This document shows, piece after piece, positions 26,401 through 41,552 of a DNA stretch of 64,000 nucleotides. A program made the position numbers and the translations under genes. The notes below the pieces were generated by a model. The model saw only the letters and a list, made by a program, of their open reading frames with translations. It had not been told where the DNA came from and did not search any database. The stretch is from assembly GCA_951406725.2 (NCBI GenBank), contig OX597826.1:55986001-56050000 (forward strand), given 5' to 3'. Each line of letters starts with the position of its first letter. The first letter of the stretch is position 1. This DNA comes from Octopus vulgaris. Taxonomy: Eukaryota.

Positions 26401-27284
26401 AGGTGGTGGGATCATAATAAATTGGTCTCACAGAGCACACCTTTAAAATTAGATTCTACCAGCACACATACGCTTTCAGAAGCAGAGATAGTATTAGCAG
26501 GTATTCTTTATTACATCAAAAAGGCCTTTTAAAAATCGAGCTCTCGTACAATCACATGGGAAGAAAGATGTACAGTGTGTTTACTGGAAATCCATTCAAA
26601 TCTAAGTATCATAGTCATTAAACAAAGGAAATAATATTTTCATCCATTGGAGATATCGGGTAAAATTCCTACTAAAAAATTGGGGTCTAAATTTTGTCGG
26701 TTTTCTTATTTCGTTGGGTTTAAACGAGTGTAACGATTTCCCATGACTGTCAAAGTTTTAGAAACAATGTGTATTAATATCGCTTTGATTTCCATCGACA
26801 GGAACGAAGGACACTGAAACTCAACATAGATTTTACTCACACATAACCTCAAGTACACTATGTGTGCACGTGTGAGTGTGTACATCTGCGCACGCGTGGA
26901 TGCACGTGTATAATGTACAAACGAGAGAAAATGTGCGCATATGTATAGATAACTTATAGCATGCTATGAAAACACAGAGTTGCAATGGTGCGAAGCATTG
27001 ACGTTCATTAAGATACACACACACACACATACGTACACTCTAAAAACAGACATATAAGCTTAAGGATCTTTATATAACACTAATATCAACGAAGTGTGAC
27101 ACGAAGTTTGTACAAAAAGCCATTTTCGCACTCTCCAATCTCTCTCCAACTTCTGGTCAGTTATGTTTTGGCCATGTAACAACACACATGCTTTTCTCCA
27201 GACTATCTATTCCTTCGGCCTTTTCCTCCTCTCTGGACATTTTCCGCTATTCGATAAATATTCGTGTTCAAATTTTTATTTCCT

Positions 27285-27851
27285 CTCTTTCAGTTTCCGT
27301 CGACCAAATTCAGTCACAAGACAATGGTTTGGCCCGAGGCTATAGTAGAAGACACTTGCCATAGGTGCAACGCAGTGGAACCCGGAACCATGTTGTTGGG
27401 AAGCAAGCTTCTTATTTCTTTACTGCCCATAAGGAACTAAACACAGAGATGACAAACAAGGACTGACAAAGGAATTAAACTGATAAGATAGACCCCTGTG
27501 CGCAACTGGTACTTAATTTATTGTCCCCGAATAGATGAAAGGCAAAGTCGACCTCGGCGGAATTTGAACTCAGAACGTAACGGCAGACGAAATACCTATT
27601 TCTTTACTACCCACAAGGGGCTAAACATAGAGTAGACAAACAAGGACAGACAAACGGATTAAGTCGATTATATCGACCCAGTATGTAACTGGTACTTATT
27701 TAATCGACTCCGAAAGGATGAAAGGCAAAGTCGACCTCGGCGGAATTTAAACTCAGAACATAGCGGCAGACGAAACACCGCTAAGCATTTCGCCCGACGT
27801 GCTAACGTTTCTGCCAGCTCGCCGCCTTAACACACAGTCACTCTTGCGCCT
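27285..27851 (-). mobile_element. SINE family A head interrupted by a nested SINE family B dimer (27413-27829)
   Basis: Family A sequence stops at aagcaagcttctta and resumes at cacacagtcactcttgcgcc after two family B units. Confidence 0.85.
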
Positions 27852-28332
27852 GCGCGCGCGTGTGTGTGTATGTGTGGAATGTAAGAAATCATTTGAATAT
27901 ATTCATATATTCAGATAAACTACAAATAGTATACACGATCGTAATATTACAGGATTAAATATCTGAAACAAATCACACGGTACAAATATATAATTGAATA
28001 CGTATTTAATAATTAAACTGTACCGTTTCTGGAACTTCATTAAAGAGAACCTTTCATTAGTGGGTTAAATGAGAAGGAGGATTGCTGTAGCGAAAGCTTT
28101 CCCACTGCAACAGCGAAAAAATTTACTGCCAACACGTGTTTACTATACGTGTCTGTAGAGTCGAATGAGAAATCGTTCAGGATAAGGTATATTTTTTTTT
28201 ACCCCATTTATGTATATACGCGTATATGAACAGAACGTAGATATGCATTCATATGTATGTGTGTGTATGCGCATGCGATCGTGTGTGTACGTGTATGTAT
28301 GTACTTGCACATATTCATGTACACGCTTACAA

Positions 28333-28412
<80 letters not shown>

Positions 28413-28654
28413 ATATGTATGTATGTATTTATGTATGAATGTATGCATGTATGTGTGTGTGTTTATCTGTATTTTATGCAATACGGCTGTATGCCATTCA
28501 TATGTTATACATATGTGTATGTCTCAGCACATAAATTCATGCATGTAAACCTGTATTGCATTACTCTGTTCTCAGAATACGTTCGACGTAATGTAATAGT
28601 TTATAAGCCGAAAAATAAATAAAGTATTTAAATTACAGTTTCTTTCCTTTTTCT

Positions 28655-28742
<88 letters not shown>

Positions 28743-28905
28743 TTATTATTATTATCATTATTATCATTATCGCCTACAGACATTTTGCCTAAAATATACA
28801 TTGATATATTCTTAATCTTTGCTCGCTATCAGATTTGTTTCCGCTATGGCGTGTTAAACCCTAATTTTCTAGAAATATTAACTTCAGGATTGTTCTTAAT
28901 TCAGT

Positions 28906-28980
<75 letters not shown>

Positions 28981-29122
28981 GTCTGTCTTTCTTTCTTTCT
29001 TTCTGTTTTCTTTCTTTCATCTTGTTTTTATTTTTATTTTCCTTCTCTTTTCTCTCTCTTGCCAATTTCCTTCTTCCGAGATAAAAAAAGAACTATACAA
29101 AATAATAATAATAATAATAATG

Positions 29123-29200
<78 letters not shown>

Positions 29201-29559
29201 GTAATAATGATAATAAAACTAACGAAACTAAAATAGTACGTGTAAAAATGTAATTTTAAATTAGAAAGTATATAGTCTTCGTACCTAGCTTTAACTTCGA
29301 TGAAATACTATCGGCAAAGAATTTTAGTGGAATCATGGATTATCATTATCTAGAATATGAAGTAAAAAAAAAAAATAGTAAAAGATGACAAAAAACATAC
29401 ATAAAGCAAAACAACAAATTTATAAATCTAATTATTTACAAGCCACCAAGATTGATTTCGTTGGAGTAAACAACACCAAATCCAGAAAGGAGCCAGCGAG
29501 GAAGCGTCTAAGTGGCTGATTACTCTGCAAGAAATAGCAACTGTTATTCGCTCTCCAGA

Positions 29560-29866
29560 TCAGTCAAGAGTTCATATGTCCTTTGAAGGTCCATAAAATA
29601 TTTTTGGGGGTCTACACAACAAGATAGTAAAGTGGGGATCCTCAATAGTATTTTTTAAAGGGCTCCTGAAAATATTTTGCTTTAGATACATGCGTTGGTA
29701 TGTATTGCAAGAAACAGCTAGGTTTCTTTCTCTACCATTTTACATAGTTAAACCTACAGGGTTAATATATAAAAAAACAAAATAGGAATTTTGAAAGTAT
29801 AGGGTCCACCAGAATAAAATAGTAATCAAAGGGGCCTATAGATAAAAAGGGCCGAGAATTCCTGCT
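29560..29866. mobile_element. Possible decayed hAT-type MITE
   Basis: Recurrent (g)ggggtcc/ggggcc/aggtcc subterminal-like motifs and end ggccgagaattcctg; the left TIR is not clearly visible. Confidence 0.3.
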
Positions 29867-30509
29867 CTAGATGATTACAGAAACAACGGTGGTTCTAAAT
29901 GGTATATTAGCATACCAGATATAACAGTAGCTGTTCTATATTGAGAGGACACCACAGTTAACAAGGGAGGCTGTGTGGTTTATCATCGTGCTAGAAATAA
30001 TAGTAAGTAGTCTCCATCCAACTAACACTAGAGCCAACGAGAGAGCCTCTATGTTGTCAATTAATGTGCTAGAAATAGCAATAGCCATTCTCCCTCAAGA
30101 CGATACCAGTGAAAGTTCCTTTCCGAATCATATAGACTCATATGGCCGTTTTTTTTTTTTTTTTGGTTTTCATAGCGTATATTTTTCCCACCTGGATGGA
30201 TAGATGTAGAAGGAACTAGACAGTCTCCTCTCTACAATAACGAATGAATTGACCGCCTGGCATAAGGTACAGATGAGGGCAGCAGTGTCAAACTTCAGCA
30301 TATACGAATTGAGCCACCAACCAAGACGAAAGTATATACAGGAGTGGTGATGTGAAACCCCACCACCTTGAACAAATAAACCAAAAATGAATGGTAAAAC
30401 CATAAGGAAATGTACAAAATCACAGTTGTGCTCCAGCATGACCGTAGCCACATGGTTGAAACGAATAAAGCAATAAAACAATACATATGTGTATGTGTGT
30501 ATTTATATT

Positions 30510-30543
<34 letters not shown>

Positions 30544-30719
30544 TGTATGTATGTATGTATGTATGTATGTATGTATGTATATACAAGGGGAAGTCAAAAA
30601 TTATATATATATATATATAAATATATAAATATATATATATATGTATATATGTATGTATATATATATATATATATACATATACACACAGACATATATACGT
30701 ATGTGTATGTGTGGTTGTG

Positions 30720-30948
30720 TATTTGTGTGTCTCTGTTTGTTACCCACCCCCATCCCGTCATTGCGTGACAACTGATGTTGCTGTGTTCAACCGATGTTAT
30801 CCTGTAACCTAGCGGTTCGGCAAAAGAGACTGACAGAAAAGTATTAGGCTTACAAAGAATAAGTCCTGCGTTCAATTTGTTCGACTAAAGGCAATGCTCC
30901 AGCATAGACGCAGTAAAATGACTGAAACCAGTAAAAGAATAAAAGAAT
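30720..30948 (+). mobile_element. SINE family A tail half
   Basis: gcggttcggcaaaagagac...ggcttacaaagaataagtcc...gctccagcat...gactgaaaccagtaaaagaataaaag. Confidence 0.85.
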
Positions 30949-30993
30949 GTAAATCCATATACGTGTATACACACACCCTTATATATATATATA

Positions 30994-31376
30994 GTGGTGG
31001 CGCAATGGCCTAGTGGTTAGGGCAGCGGACTCGCGGTCATAGGATCGCGGTTTCGATTCCCAGACCGGGCGTTGTGAGTGTTTATTGAGCGAAAACACCT
31101 AAAACTCCACGAGGCTCCGGCAGGGGATGGTGGTGATCCCTGCTGTACTCTTTCACCACAACTTTCTCTCACTCTTACTTCCTGTTTCTGTTGTACCTGT
31201 ATTTCAAGGGGCCGGCCTTGTCACTCTCTGTGTCACGCTGAATATCCCCGAGAACTACGTTAAGGGTGCACGTGTCTGTGGAGTGCTCAGCCACTTACAC
31301 GTTAATTTCACGAGCAGGCTGTTCCGTTGATTCAGATCAACCGGAACCCTCATCGTCGTAACCGACGGAGTGCTTC

Positions 31377-31378
<2 letters not shown>
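30994..31378 (+). mobile_element. Near full-length tRNA-derived SINE family C
   Basis: A-box tggcctagtggttagg, B-box ggtttcgattccc; body and tail end in gacggagtgcttcca; flanked by (TA)n. Confidence 0.9.
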
Positions 31379-31409
<31 letters not shown>

Positions 31410-31728
31410 TCCAACACACCTATACACATTCTGTTATGATGTGAAAAACACATCAATTTGCGAGTGAGAGACACAAAATGCCTCCACAAAACAAAATGCA
31501 GCTTTACATATAAAGCCATACAGCTGCTTTCACCTTGTTTTAGTTTCTCTCTCACTCCCTCTCCATCTCTCTCTGTCTCTGATTCTCTCTTTCTTACTCT
31601 CTCTCTCTCTCTCTCTCGCTCGCTCGCTCGCCCTTTTTCGTATGTAAATAAGCATATTTGTTTGAATTAGCAGAGATATTTACCATATATAGAATTATTC
31701 CAACACTGACTGTGACTTTATGGTATTC

Positions 31729-31814
<86 letters not shown>

Positions 31815-31830
31815 ATATATATACATATAG

Positions 31831-31868
<38 letters not shown>

Positions 31869-31888
31869 GTATATATACATATATATAT

Positions 31889-31925
<37 letters not shown>

Positions 31926-31931
31926 AGTATA

Positions 31932-31985
<54 letters not shown>

Positions 31986-32302
31986 CATAAATATATTCCA
32001 TTTATTTCCATATTTTTTTTTCTTCGTGTTCGTAGATTCCTGTGAATCCTACTTTGTTAGCGAAGTTGAAAAATTAGATTTGTAAAATTGTTCTACATTC
32101 TTTGACATTTAAAATACGTATTATTCATTTGGAAACAACATTAGAAAATGAGCGCGAGTGGGTGGGTGCGTGGGTGGCGGTGGGGGAAATAACTTTATAA
32201 ATAAAATTATTATTTAGAGAGACAGATGAAAACGAAATATACAACATGTATATGTCAAATTAGAAACTCTACCAAAGTGAAAAAAAAAAAATTGAAAAAT
32301 AG

Positions 32303-32416
32303 AGATGATGATGATGATGATGATAATAATAATAATGATAATAATAATAATAATAATCACAATGACGACGATGATGATGATGGTAGTGGTGGTGGTGGTG
32401 GTGGTGGTGGTGTTGG

Positions 32417-32489
<73 letters not shown>

Positions 32490-32698
32490 AGTGATGGTGG
32501 TGGTGGTGGTGGTGGTGGTGGTGGTGATGATGATCATGATGATGATGATGACGATGGTGATGATGGTGATGATGATGATGGTGATGGTGGTGGTGGTGGT
32601 TGTGGTGGTGGTGATGATGATGGTGGTGATGATTACGATGATGATGATGGGGATGATGATGGTGATGATGATGATGAAGATGATGATGATGACGATGG

Positions 32699-32753
<55 letters not shown>

Positions 32754-32824
32754 GATGATGATGATGATGATGATGATGGTGGTGGAGGTGGTGGTGGTGA
32801 TGGTTGTGGTGGTGGTGGTGGTGG

Positions 32825-32854
<30 letters not shown>
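32303..32854. repeat. (GAT)n/(GGT)n mosaic microsatellite
   Basis: Direct reading; poly-D/H/M ORFs in all frames. Confidence 0.95.
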
Positions 32855-32855
<1 letters not shown>

Positions 32856-33311
32856 AAATAAATGGATACATGAATAAGATTTTTTCTGACTTTAATATCT
32901 TTAGCTTTAGTCATAAACACTTCTGTGGTAGACTATTGATGTGATGTGATGTGATGTGATATAGTCTTATATGCTTTAATAAGTAGCAGCTTAAAGAGTG
33001 TTTAATTGCGATACCATTTACTCACATAACAAGTATTCATTTACCTTATGGCGCGTGTGCGTATGAGTGAGCGCTCGGGCGCATGCTTCTGCGTGCGTGC
33101 ACGTGTGTGTGTGTGTGTGTTTCAGATGAATACCAATGCATGGATGTATGCGTGATTTAGAGACTCGTTGCTAATTTCGATGAAACTGGATTACAGATTC
33201 CGGTCTCAAAATATACACACACTTGCTCATAAATACGTACAGCCATGAATCTATGCATCTATGCAGTCATTCATCCATCCATGCATACATACCTACATAC
33301 ATTTTCTAAGA

Positions 33312-33596
33312 AGCACTCCGTCAGTTACGACGAAGATGGCTTCCAGTTGATCCGATCGAAGGAAATTAACGTTTAAAGCGGCTGAGCACTCCACAGGCAC
33401 CCGTGGTTCCATGGAAGATTCAGCGTGACACAGAATGTGACAAGGCTGGACTTTTGAATTATAGGTAGAACTCAGCTGGGTGGACTCAAGCAATGTGGAA
33501 TGAAGTTATCCGCTGAAGGGCACAATGCGCTGCTAGAAATTGAACTTACGGACCCACGACTTTGAGCCGAATACCCTACCCACTAGGCCACGCGCC
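33312..33596 (-). mobile_element. Decayed SINE family C
   Basis: gaagcactccgtc...ttcagcgtgacacag...cactaggccacgcgcc is the reverse complement of motifs in 30994-31378. Confidence 0.7.
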
Positions 33597-33838
33597 TTTA
33601 CAGATAAATACACGCATTCCTCCCTATCTATATACATACCTACATATACGCACATAGATACGTATATACATACATATACATACAAACATACACATACATA
33701 TATACATACATACACACATACATATATACATACGTACATACATATAGAAATACATAATTTCATACACACACATACATTCATACATATAGACACATATACA
33801 TACGTACATACATGCATACATACATGCATACATACAAA

Positions 33839-33981
33839 CGAGGTCGACTTTGCCTTCGATCCTTTCGGGGTCGATAAATTAAGTACCAGTTACGCACTGG
33901 GGTCGATGTAATCGACTTAATCCGTTTGTCTGTCCTTGTTTGTCCCCTCTGTGTTTAGCCCCTTGTGGGTAGTAAAGAAAT
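33839..33981 (+). mobile_element. SINE family B 3' half
   Basis: gaggtcgactttgcc...gtagtaaagaaata, nearly identical to 16215-16358. Confidence 0.9.
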
Positions 33982-34649
33982 ATATATATATAGACATACA
34001 TATGTACATTCATGTATACATACACACATACATGCATACATATAGACATACATACATATATACATATATGTATACATACACACACATACATATATACATA
34101 TAGACATGCATATATACATACATGCATACATACATATATACATACATACACATACGTACGTACATACATACATAAATACACATACATATATACATATAGA
34201 CATATATGCAAACACAATACACACACATACATACTTATATACATACACACACATATATACATACATATATGCAAGCACACCCGCATACATACGCACATAC
34301 ATACATGCACACACACATACATACACACATGCATACATACATACACACATACACACATACATACATATAAACATGTACATATACATATATAAAAAACGTA
34401 TGTAGTGCCATAGAGGTTAGCTACCCGCTCAAGAGTAAGAATTACAAACAACTGCTTCGAAATCTTCAAAATCAACCAGCTAATCCGCACATTACAAACA
34501 TAGTATGTAAGTGGAAGAATAAAACTACGCAAGAATTTTCTCAAATTTAAAATATTAATTTGTTTTTGCTCTCTACAGTCTATAGTCCAACAATGAAGTT
34601 GTATCTTTGCTAGTAGTCAGCTTCTTCCTTACAGGATGGTTTCGAATAA

Positions 34650-34840
34650 TTCACGTGTTGAAACATATTCTGTTGTGTCTGGGGAGAGTCATTTTCTTTT
34701 TGTGCCTTTAACATACTCACCGGTAAATTTCCACCTCTTTTTAATTTTAGAAAAATGAAAAAGAAATTAGTGGAGATTTTGCTGGTGAGTGATTTAAATA
34801 ATAAGGCACCAAAAGGGAATGACTCTCACCAGACACAAAG
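34650..34840. repeat. Degenerate fold-back element, arms ~34673-34734 / 34770-34838
   Basis: ttgtgtctggggagagtcatt..gtgcctt..ctcaccggtaaatttccac versus gtggagattttgctggtgag..aaggcac..aatgactctcaccagacacaa. Confidence 0.7.
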
Positions 34841-34881
34841 CATATATGCATATATGATCCTTGGATCTTATATATATGTGT

Positions 34882-34914
<33 letters not shown>

Positions 34915-34961
34915 CACACATACACAAAGAGAGAGAGAGAGAGAGAGAATGACAGACAGAC

Positions 34962-35036
<75 letters not shown>

Positions 35037-35059
35037 TAGATAGATAGACAGACAGATAG

Positions 35060-35125
<66 letters not shown>

Positions 35126-35126
<1 letters not shown>

Positions 35127-35245
35127 GACTTTGCCTTTCATCCTTTCGGGGTCTATAAATTATGTACCAGTTGCGTTCTGGGGTCGATCTAGATTGACCC
35201 CCCCCAAAAAAAAAAAATTCGGGCCTTGTGCCAAGAGTAGAGAGA
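35126..35245 (+). mobile_element. SINE family B fragment
   Basis: gactttgcctttcatcctttcggggtctataaattatgtaccag. Confidence 0.8.
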
Positions 35246-35853
35246 ACAATTAATCTATAGTTTTCCAGTTTCTCTGACTATTTAACTTTTGATACTCGAG
35301 TAACATCACGATGGTTGGGATTATGGAGCATTGACTTTACGAGATTAATCATGTAGAAGGAGTCTAATGTGTAATTAGGGCTCTAAATGGATAAAGTTTC
35401 TCATCCTAGTAACTGATTTCCGAGATCTTCAGACTCAACTGTTTGCTGGATCTCCACACTCTTTTTGGGGTGAATATCGTCAGTGAGCTCCTAGTAATTT
35501 TCCAACCCGAAATAACTATCAGACTGACATTCTTAACCTTCGTTACTTCGAAGGCATTCACATGCAGTGAGGGATTTGTTTGCACTTGTCCTTGTTCTAA
35601 TTTGCCTTCTTCTGTAGCTGCCAAGTACTGACTGTCTAGCCAGATAAATCGACGGTATAATCATGGACATAGTAGTGTTTTATCTTTCCCCTACAGACAT
35701 GTCTTAATAAAATCTAAGGGATGCCCCACTCCAAGTGCCCTCGCAGCACGTCGGTCACTAAACCCTGATTCTAAAATTCCAGTACTGAATTCAGCCCTTA
35801 AATGATATCAAATTACACATCTCATTGAAGTCAGCCGACGAAAGTAATTCTCT

Positions 35854-36273
35854 CTTTATTCTTTTACTTGTTTAGGTCATGTGACTGTGGCCATGCTGGA
35901 GCACTGCCTTTAGTCGAGCAAATCGACCCCAGAACTTATTCTTTGTAAGCCTAGTACTTATTCTATCGGTCTCTTCTGCCGAACTGCTAAGTTACAGGGA
36001 CGTAAACACACCACCATCGGTTGTCAAGCGATGTTGGGGTGACAAATATAGACACACAAACATACACACACAGACACACACACATATATATATACACACA
36101 TATATATATATGACGGGCTTCTTTCAGTTTCCGTCTACCAAATCCACTCACAAGGCTTTGGTCGGCCCGAGACTATAGTAGAAGACACTTGCCCAAGGTG
36201 CCACGCAGTGGGACTCAACCCGGAACCATGTGGTTGGTAAGCAAGCTACTTACCACACAGCCACTCCTACGCC
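35854..36273 (-). mobile_element. Full-length SINE family A with central (CA/TA)n
   Basis: Complete tail, body and head, colinear with 46345-46762. Confidence 0.92.
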
Positions 36274-36865
36274 TTATAAACATATAGCCACGATGATGGT
36301 GGAATACTGACTTTCATCTCAAAACCCTTCACTTAATTATAAGATTAGTATGTTGATTAGTATGTTGACTGGAGTTTCTATATATAACGTTTCGAGCAGA
36401 CCTTATCATTAAAAGGTGATATCATGTTGTGAACAGGTAAGCGGAATTAACTGCTGAGATTTCACTTTAAATGATACAAGACAATATGGGTGCAGATTTA
36501 AGACAATAAAGAGAAATCGGGTTCATTAACATGTTACGAAGCTTGTTTGGCTACCGCGTTACTTGTTGCATTCTGTCATGTAAATAAACATGGCCGTCAA
36601 TCGGGAGCAAATATGACTAGTTATTTTTTTACCACGCTATCGCTAATTGCTTTAAGTGGCTATAAAGAGGCAAGCAGACATAGACAATCTCTCTGTTCTT
36701 TTCTCGACCCAGGGGACATTGGGACTATAACAGCTGGAGGCGAAGGGAATGACAAAGGGAAAAGCGAGGAAGAGAGGGAAAAGGAGAGAAAGCTACATCA
36801 GTACAAGTTCCCTTTTTCAGCAGAATAAGCTGAAGCAGTGTTAAATAAAATGTCATACTTAAGGA

Positions 36866-37164
36866 CGGTGTTCCTTCTCAAGCCATGCCTGGCTCATAGG
36901 GCCAGTTTCCCGGCTTCATTAGCGTGTAGGTTCCCCACCTGGATGGGACGCCGGTCCATCGCAGGTGAACTGCAAGATGCAGGAGAAAAGAGAGAAAAAG
37001 TTGTGGCGAAAGAGTCAGCGGAAGTTCGCCATTACCTTCTGCTGGAGCCGCGTGGAGCTTCGGTGTTTTGCTCATAAACACACACATCGCCCGGTCTGAG
37101 ATTCGAACCCGCAATCCCTCGACTGCGAGTCTGCTGCTATAACCACTAGGCCATGTGCCTCCAC
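36866..37164 (-). mobile_element. SINE family C variant (same head, different tail)
   Basis: The - strand head is gtggaggcacatggcctagtggttatagcagcagactcgcag...gggttcgaatctcagaccgggcg. Confidence 0.8.
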
Positions 37165-38261
37165 TGTAATATACTATAAAGTGTATTAATCGTTTTTATA
37201 AGACAATACCGCATTCTACTGTGTTAGCAGTGCACTTTTACATTATTTGTTAAGGTTATTTCTACAGATATTCTATAGAAATTATAGCTAGCACTTAGCT
37301 CTAACCACTAGGCAATGTGCTTCCACTATACTTAAGGACACAACGCTTCATTCAGTCCGAGAATCGAACTCACGAGCCTACGTTCATGAAGTCAGCTCTC
37401 TAGCCATTAAGCCACGATGACGGTTATTCACAGGGAAGTCGTTTCTATTTTCTACCCGTTTCAAAATACTGCTCTTTTGGTTATTGATATCAACGGGGAC
37501 AGGATTCAACGTAGCCCGCTCGACCTATTAAATTTAGCAGCAAAGTCTCTCCAGTAAATCATACGTGTAAATACTGCCAGTATGTCTACAAAATAGGAGC
37601 TGACCTGGAACACAACTAAAACAGTAACAACAACAACGACATCGTCAACAACAACAACGACTTCGTCAACAACAACAACAACAATAATAACAGCAACAAC
37701 AACAAGAGCAACAACGATAACGATGTCAGATCGAAACTAGGTGTTTTGCTGTTTTGATAAAGGTCGTGTATTCCTCTACGACATGTAAACGCCAATTTCA
37801 CTTTTAACCGCTGCTGTTTGTTTAAACAAAAAAAGTGATCGTTTCATTGTTTTCTATTGAATAATTTTTTTTGGTTCCCTCTTCTTCTTTGGACCTAAAA
37901 CAACCTACCCACCCCGGGTTAAGACATCTGAAAAATAAATAAATTTAAATAAGGGAGGCGGGGGGGGGAATAAGAAAGCAAAAAAATAAAGATTAATAGC
38001 GAAACAAAGAGAATACAAAACAAAACGAGATCGAAACCAAGTTTGAAGTTATCGACAGCCGTCAATATTTTCCATAGTCTTGTAGCGTATCTACAACAAA
38101 AATCTCTCTCACTCTCTCCCCCTTTCACCCTTTCTCACTCTCTCTCTCTCTCTTTCATTCTTTCGTTCTCTCTTTCTCTCCTTCACACTCTCTTATTCGC
38201 TCTCTCTCTCTCTTTCTCTGTCACCCTCACTCTTTCTTTCACTCTCTCCCTACACACATAT

Positions 38262-38292
<31 letters not shown>

Positions 38293-39024
38293 TAATGCAT
38301 ATGCTTATGTATTGTTATTGTATAATCGTGTATGTTTGTATGTGTGTGTATATATATATATATATATATTGTATATGTGTGTGTATGTGTGTGGGTGTGT
38401 ACAGAAAGATAGAGACAGAGAGAAAGAGAGCTGGATGGGTAGGTGGATATGTACACACACATATCCACGTATATAACCCATGTGCATATGTACACATGTA
38501 AATACATGTAATATATGCATATGCGTATTGTGTATGCATTCATGCATGTATGCATGCATGTATGTACGTATGCATGCATGTATGTGTGTATGTATGCATG
38601 TATTATGTACGCATGCATGTATGTATGTATGTATGTATGTATGTATGTATGCATGTATATATGCATGCATGCTTGTATGTATGTATGTATGTATGCGTAT
38701 CTATCTATCGATCTCTCTATGGACGTAAGCGTATGTACGTCTGGATGCATGTATGTATAAATATGTACAAACGTATACGCGAACATCTCCGTACGTACGT
38801 ACGTATATATTCAAAACCACAGCCATTATTTCTTTACTTCTGTGTTATTTTTCTTGAAGAGTTCCTAAAGGTCACGTGTCAGTGCCCCTCCCCTCGTACA
38901 TTTTTTTCTCTCTTTCTTTTACAATTCACTTTTCATTTGCTTCATTCATTTTGTTTCTATTGTTTATTTCTATTTACTCGTCTCTCCTTACTTCTTCCTT
39001 TTCTTTCCTTCCTTCTTTCCATGC

Positions 39025-39025
<1 letters not shown>

Positions 39026-39062
<37 letters not shown>

Positions 39063-39124
39063 GTGTGTGTATATATATAGATATATATCTTCCCCCTCTC
39101 TCACTATCTATTTATCTCTCTCTT

Positions 39125-39164
<40 letters not shown>

Positions 39165-39250
39165 TATATATATATATATATAATATGTGTGTGTATATAT
39201 ATATAGATATATATCTTCCCCCTCTCTCACTATCTATTTATCTCTCTCTT

Positions 39251-39289
<39 letters not shown>

Positions 39290-39371
39290 ATATATATATA
39301 TATGTGTGTGTGTGTATATATATATATAGATATATCTTCCCCCTCTCTCACTATCTATTTATCTCTCTCTT

Positions 39372-39450
<79 letters not shown>

Positions 39451-39508
39451 ATATATATGTATAGATATATATCTTCCCCCTCTTTCACTATCTATTTATC
39501 TCTCTCTT

Positions 39509-39563
<55 letters not shown>
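39026..39563. repeat. Higher-order tandem repeat: four ~120-137-bp units, each (TA)n(TG)n(TA)n-unique core-(CT)n
   Basis: Core cttccccctctctcactatctatttatctctctctttccatc starts at ~39089, 39215, 39336 and 39473. Confidence 0.9.
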
Positions 39564-39566
<3 letters not shown>

Positions 39567-39819
39567 ATCTATCGACATTTTGCTTTCATTTTTTTCGACA
39601 TTTTCTTTTTTTCTTTCGTTCGAACATATCTTTTTTGTTGTGCTCTGTTGTTGCTTTTTTTGTTTCCTTTGTATAATATATGTGTGTGCATGTGTGTATG
39701 TATGAACAAATATATGTATATATGAATATATATGAATGTGTCTATGTATGTGTGTATGTATGTATGCATGTATGTGTGTGTATGTATGTGCGTGTATTTG
39801 TATGTAAGTATATATAAGC

Positions 39820-39890
<71 letters not shown>

Positions 39891-40259
39891 TATATATATA
39901 TATGTATATAGCATTCTCTCTCCTCTACAGCTTTTTCTATACATACATACATGCATACATACATACATACATACACACACATACATGCATACACACACAT
40001 ACATACATACATACATACATACATACATACATACATACATACATACATACATACATACATACATACACACATACATACACACATACATACATACATACAT
40101 ACATATATGCATACATACACACTCAGTATTAACTTATTTAACATTTCTCTCTCGTCGTCGCTGTTATAGTTGTTATTGTTGCTGTAGTCTTTCCTTCTGA
40201 TACTGTAATTGTTATTAGTTTTGTTGCAATTCTTGTAGTTATTCCTGTTGTCGTTGTCG

Positions 40260-40291
<32 letters not shown>

Positions 40292-40403
40292 ATGGAAAGT
40301 TTCTCGTAGAAATCAGGTTTTATTTATCTTTACAATGCGTATGTATATACGCTTGCGTTATTTGTTCACCCATTGCTGTGCACGCACTTATGTGTGCTGT
40401 GTG

Positions 40404-40532
<129 letters not shown>

Positions 40533-41224
40533 GCTTATTTTCTGTGAATTTATCAATAAAATTGACTAAAATGACAGTCGGAATATTGAACATGATGTTT
40601 CTCGTTTATCAAAATCCAAAGAAAACGGGAGAGAGAAAGGTAGACAAGAGAATTAAAAGAAATCGAGAGAGCAGAGACGGAGTAAGAGACAGTGAGAAAG
40701 GGTGTGACAAGGAGAGGGCGAGGAAAGAGGAGAAAGAGAGAAAGAGACAGAGGAAGAGGTGAGAGAAAAGCGAAAGGGAGAGAGGATTAGAGGAAAGGAA
40801 AAGACTATAAGAGCGTGTGTGTATGTGCTAGGAAGGAGTAAAGTGGAGAGTCTTTAAAGAGATGCAAAAGAAATGACAAAGAATGAGAGTGGTAGTTGGA
40901 GGAGATAAAACTACAGGGGATGAAGAAGTGGCTGGCTGAAGGAACCAAAATGGTGCAAAAGCAGAGAATGAAGGATTAGGAGGTTCTCATCACGTGGCCG
41001 GATATTCCATTGATATGTATTTGTTAGGGATCTGTATTCAAATTTAAAGCCGTATGCACCACTGTAAAACTAACGAGTGTTTCATTTAGGATCTGCTGCT
41101 AAGTAGTAAAGGCACTTCCCTTCTCTCCACCCCCATCAGGGGTAGAATTCCGACTGGGATGGACTCCGCCAAGAGAAACCATTTATATGCCTATATATTC
41201 GTTTTTGCTTCTTTTCTTTTCTAT

Positions 41225-41444
41225 TTTTTTATTTGTTTCAGTCATTTGACTGCGGCCATTCTGGACCACCGTCTTTTGTCGAGCAAATCAACCCCAGGAC
41301 TTATTCTTTGTAAGCCTATTACTTATTCTATAGGTCACTCTTGCCGAACCGCTAAGTGACAGGGACGTAAACACACCAGCATCGGTTGTCAAACGATGTT
41401 GGGGGGACAAACACAGACACACAAACATATAAATACACACACAT

Positions 41445-41524
<80 letters not shown>

Positions 41525-41552
41525 GACGGGCTTCTTTCAGTTTCCGTCTACC
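41225..41552 (-). mobile_element. SINE family A tail/body adjoining the Penelope remnant
   Basis: ttgtttcagtcatttgactgcggcc...gacgggcttctttcagtttccgtctacca. Confidence 0.88.

Noticed and set aside
27875-27900. miR-1-like tggaatgtaa
   Set aside because: The match ends after 10 nt and there is no precursor hairpin.
30994-31070. tRNA gene
   Set aside because: A/B boxes continue directly into a multi-copy SINE body, with no proper acceptor stem or terminator.
35550-35600. miR-92-like sequence ttgcacttgtcc
   Set aside because: The seed does not match AUUGCAC and the flanking hairpin is too weak.
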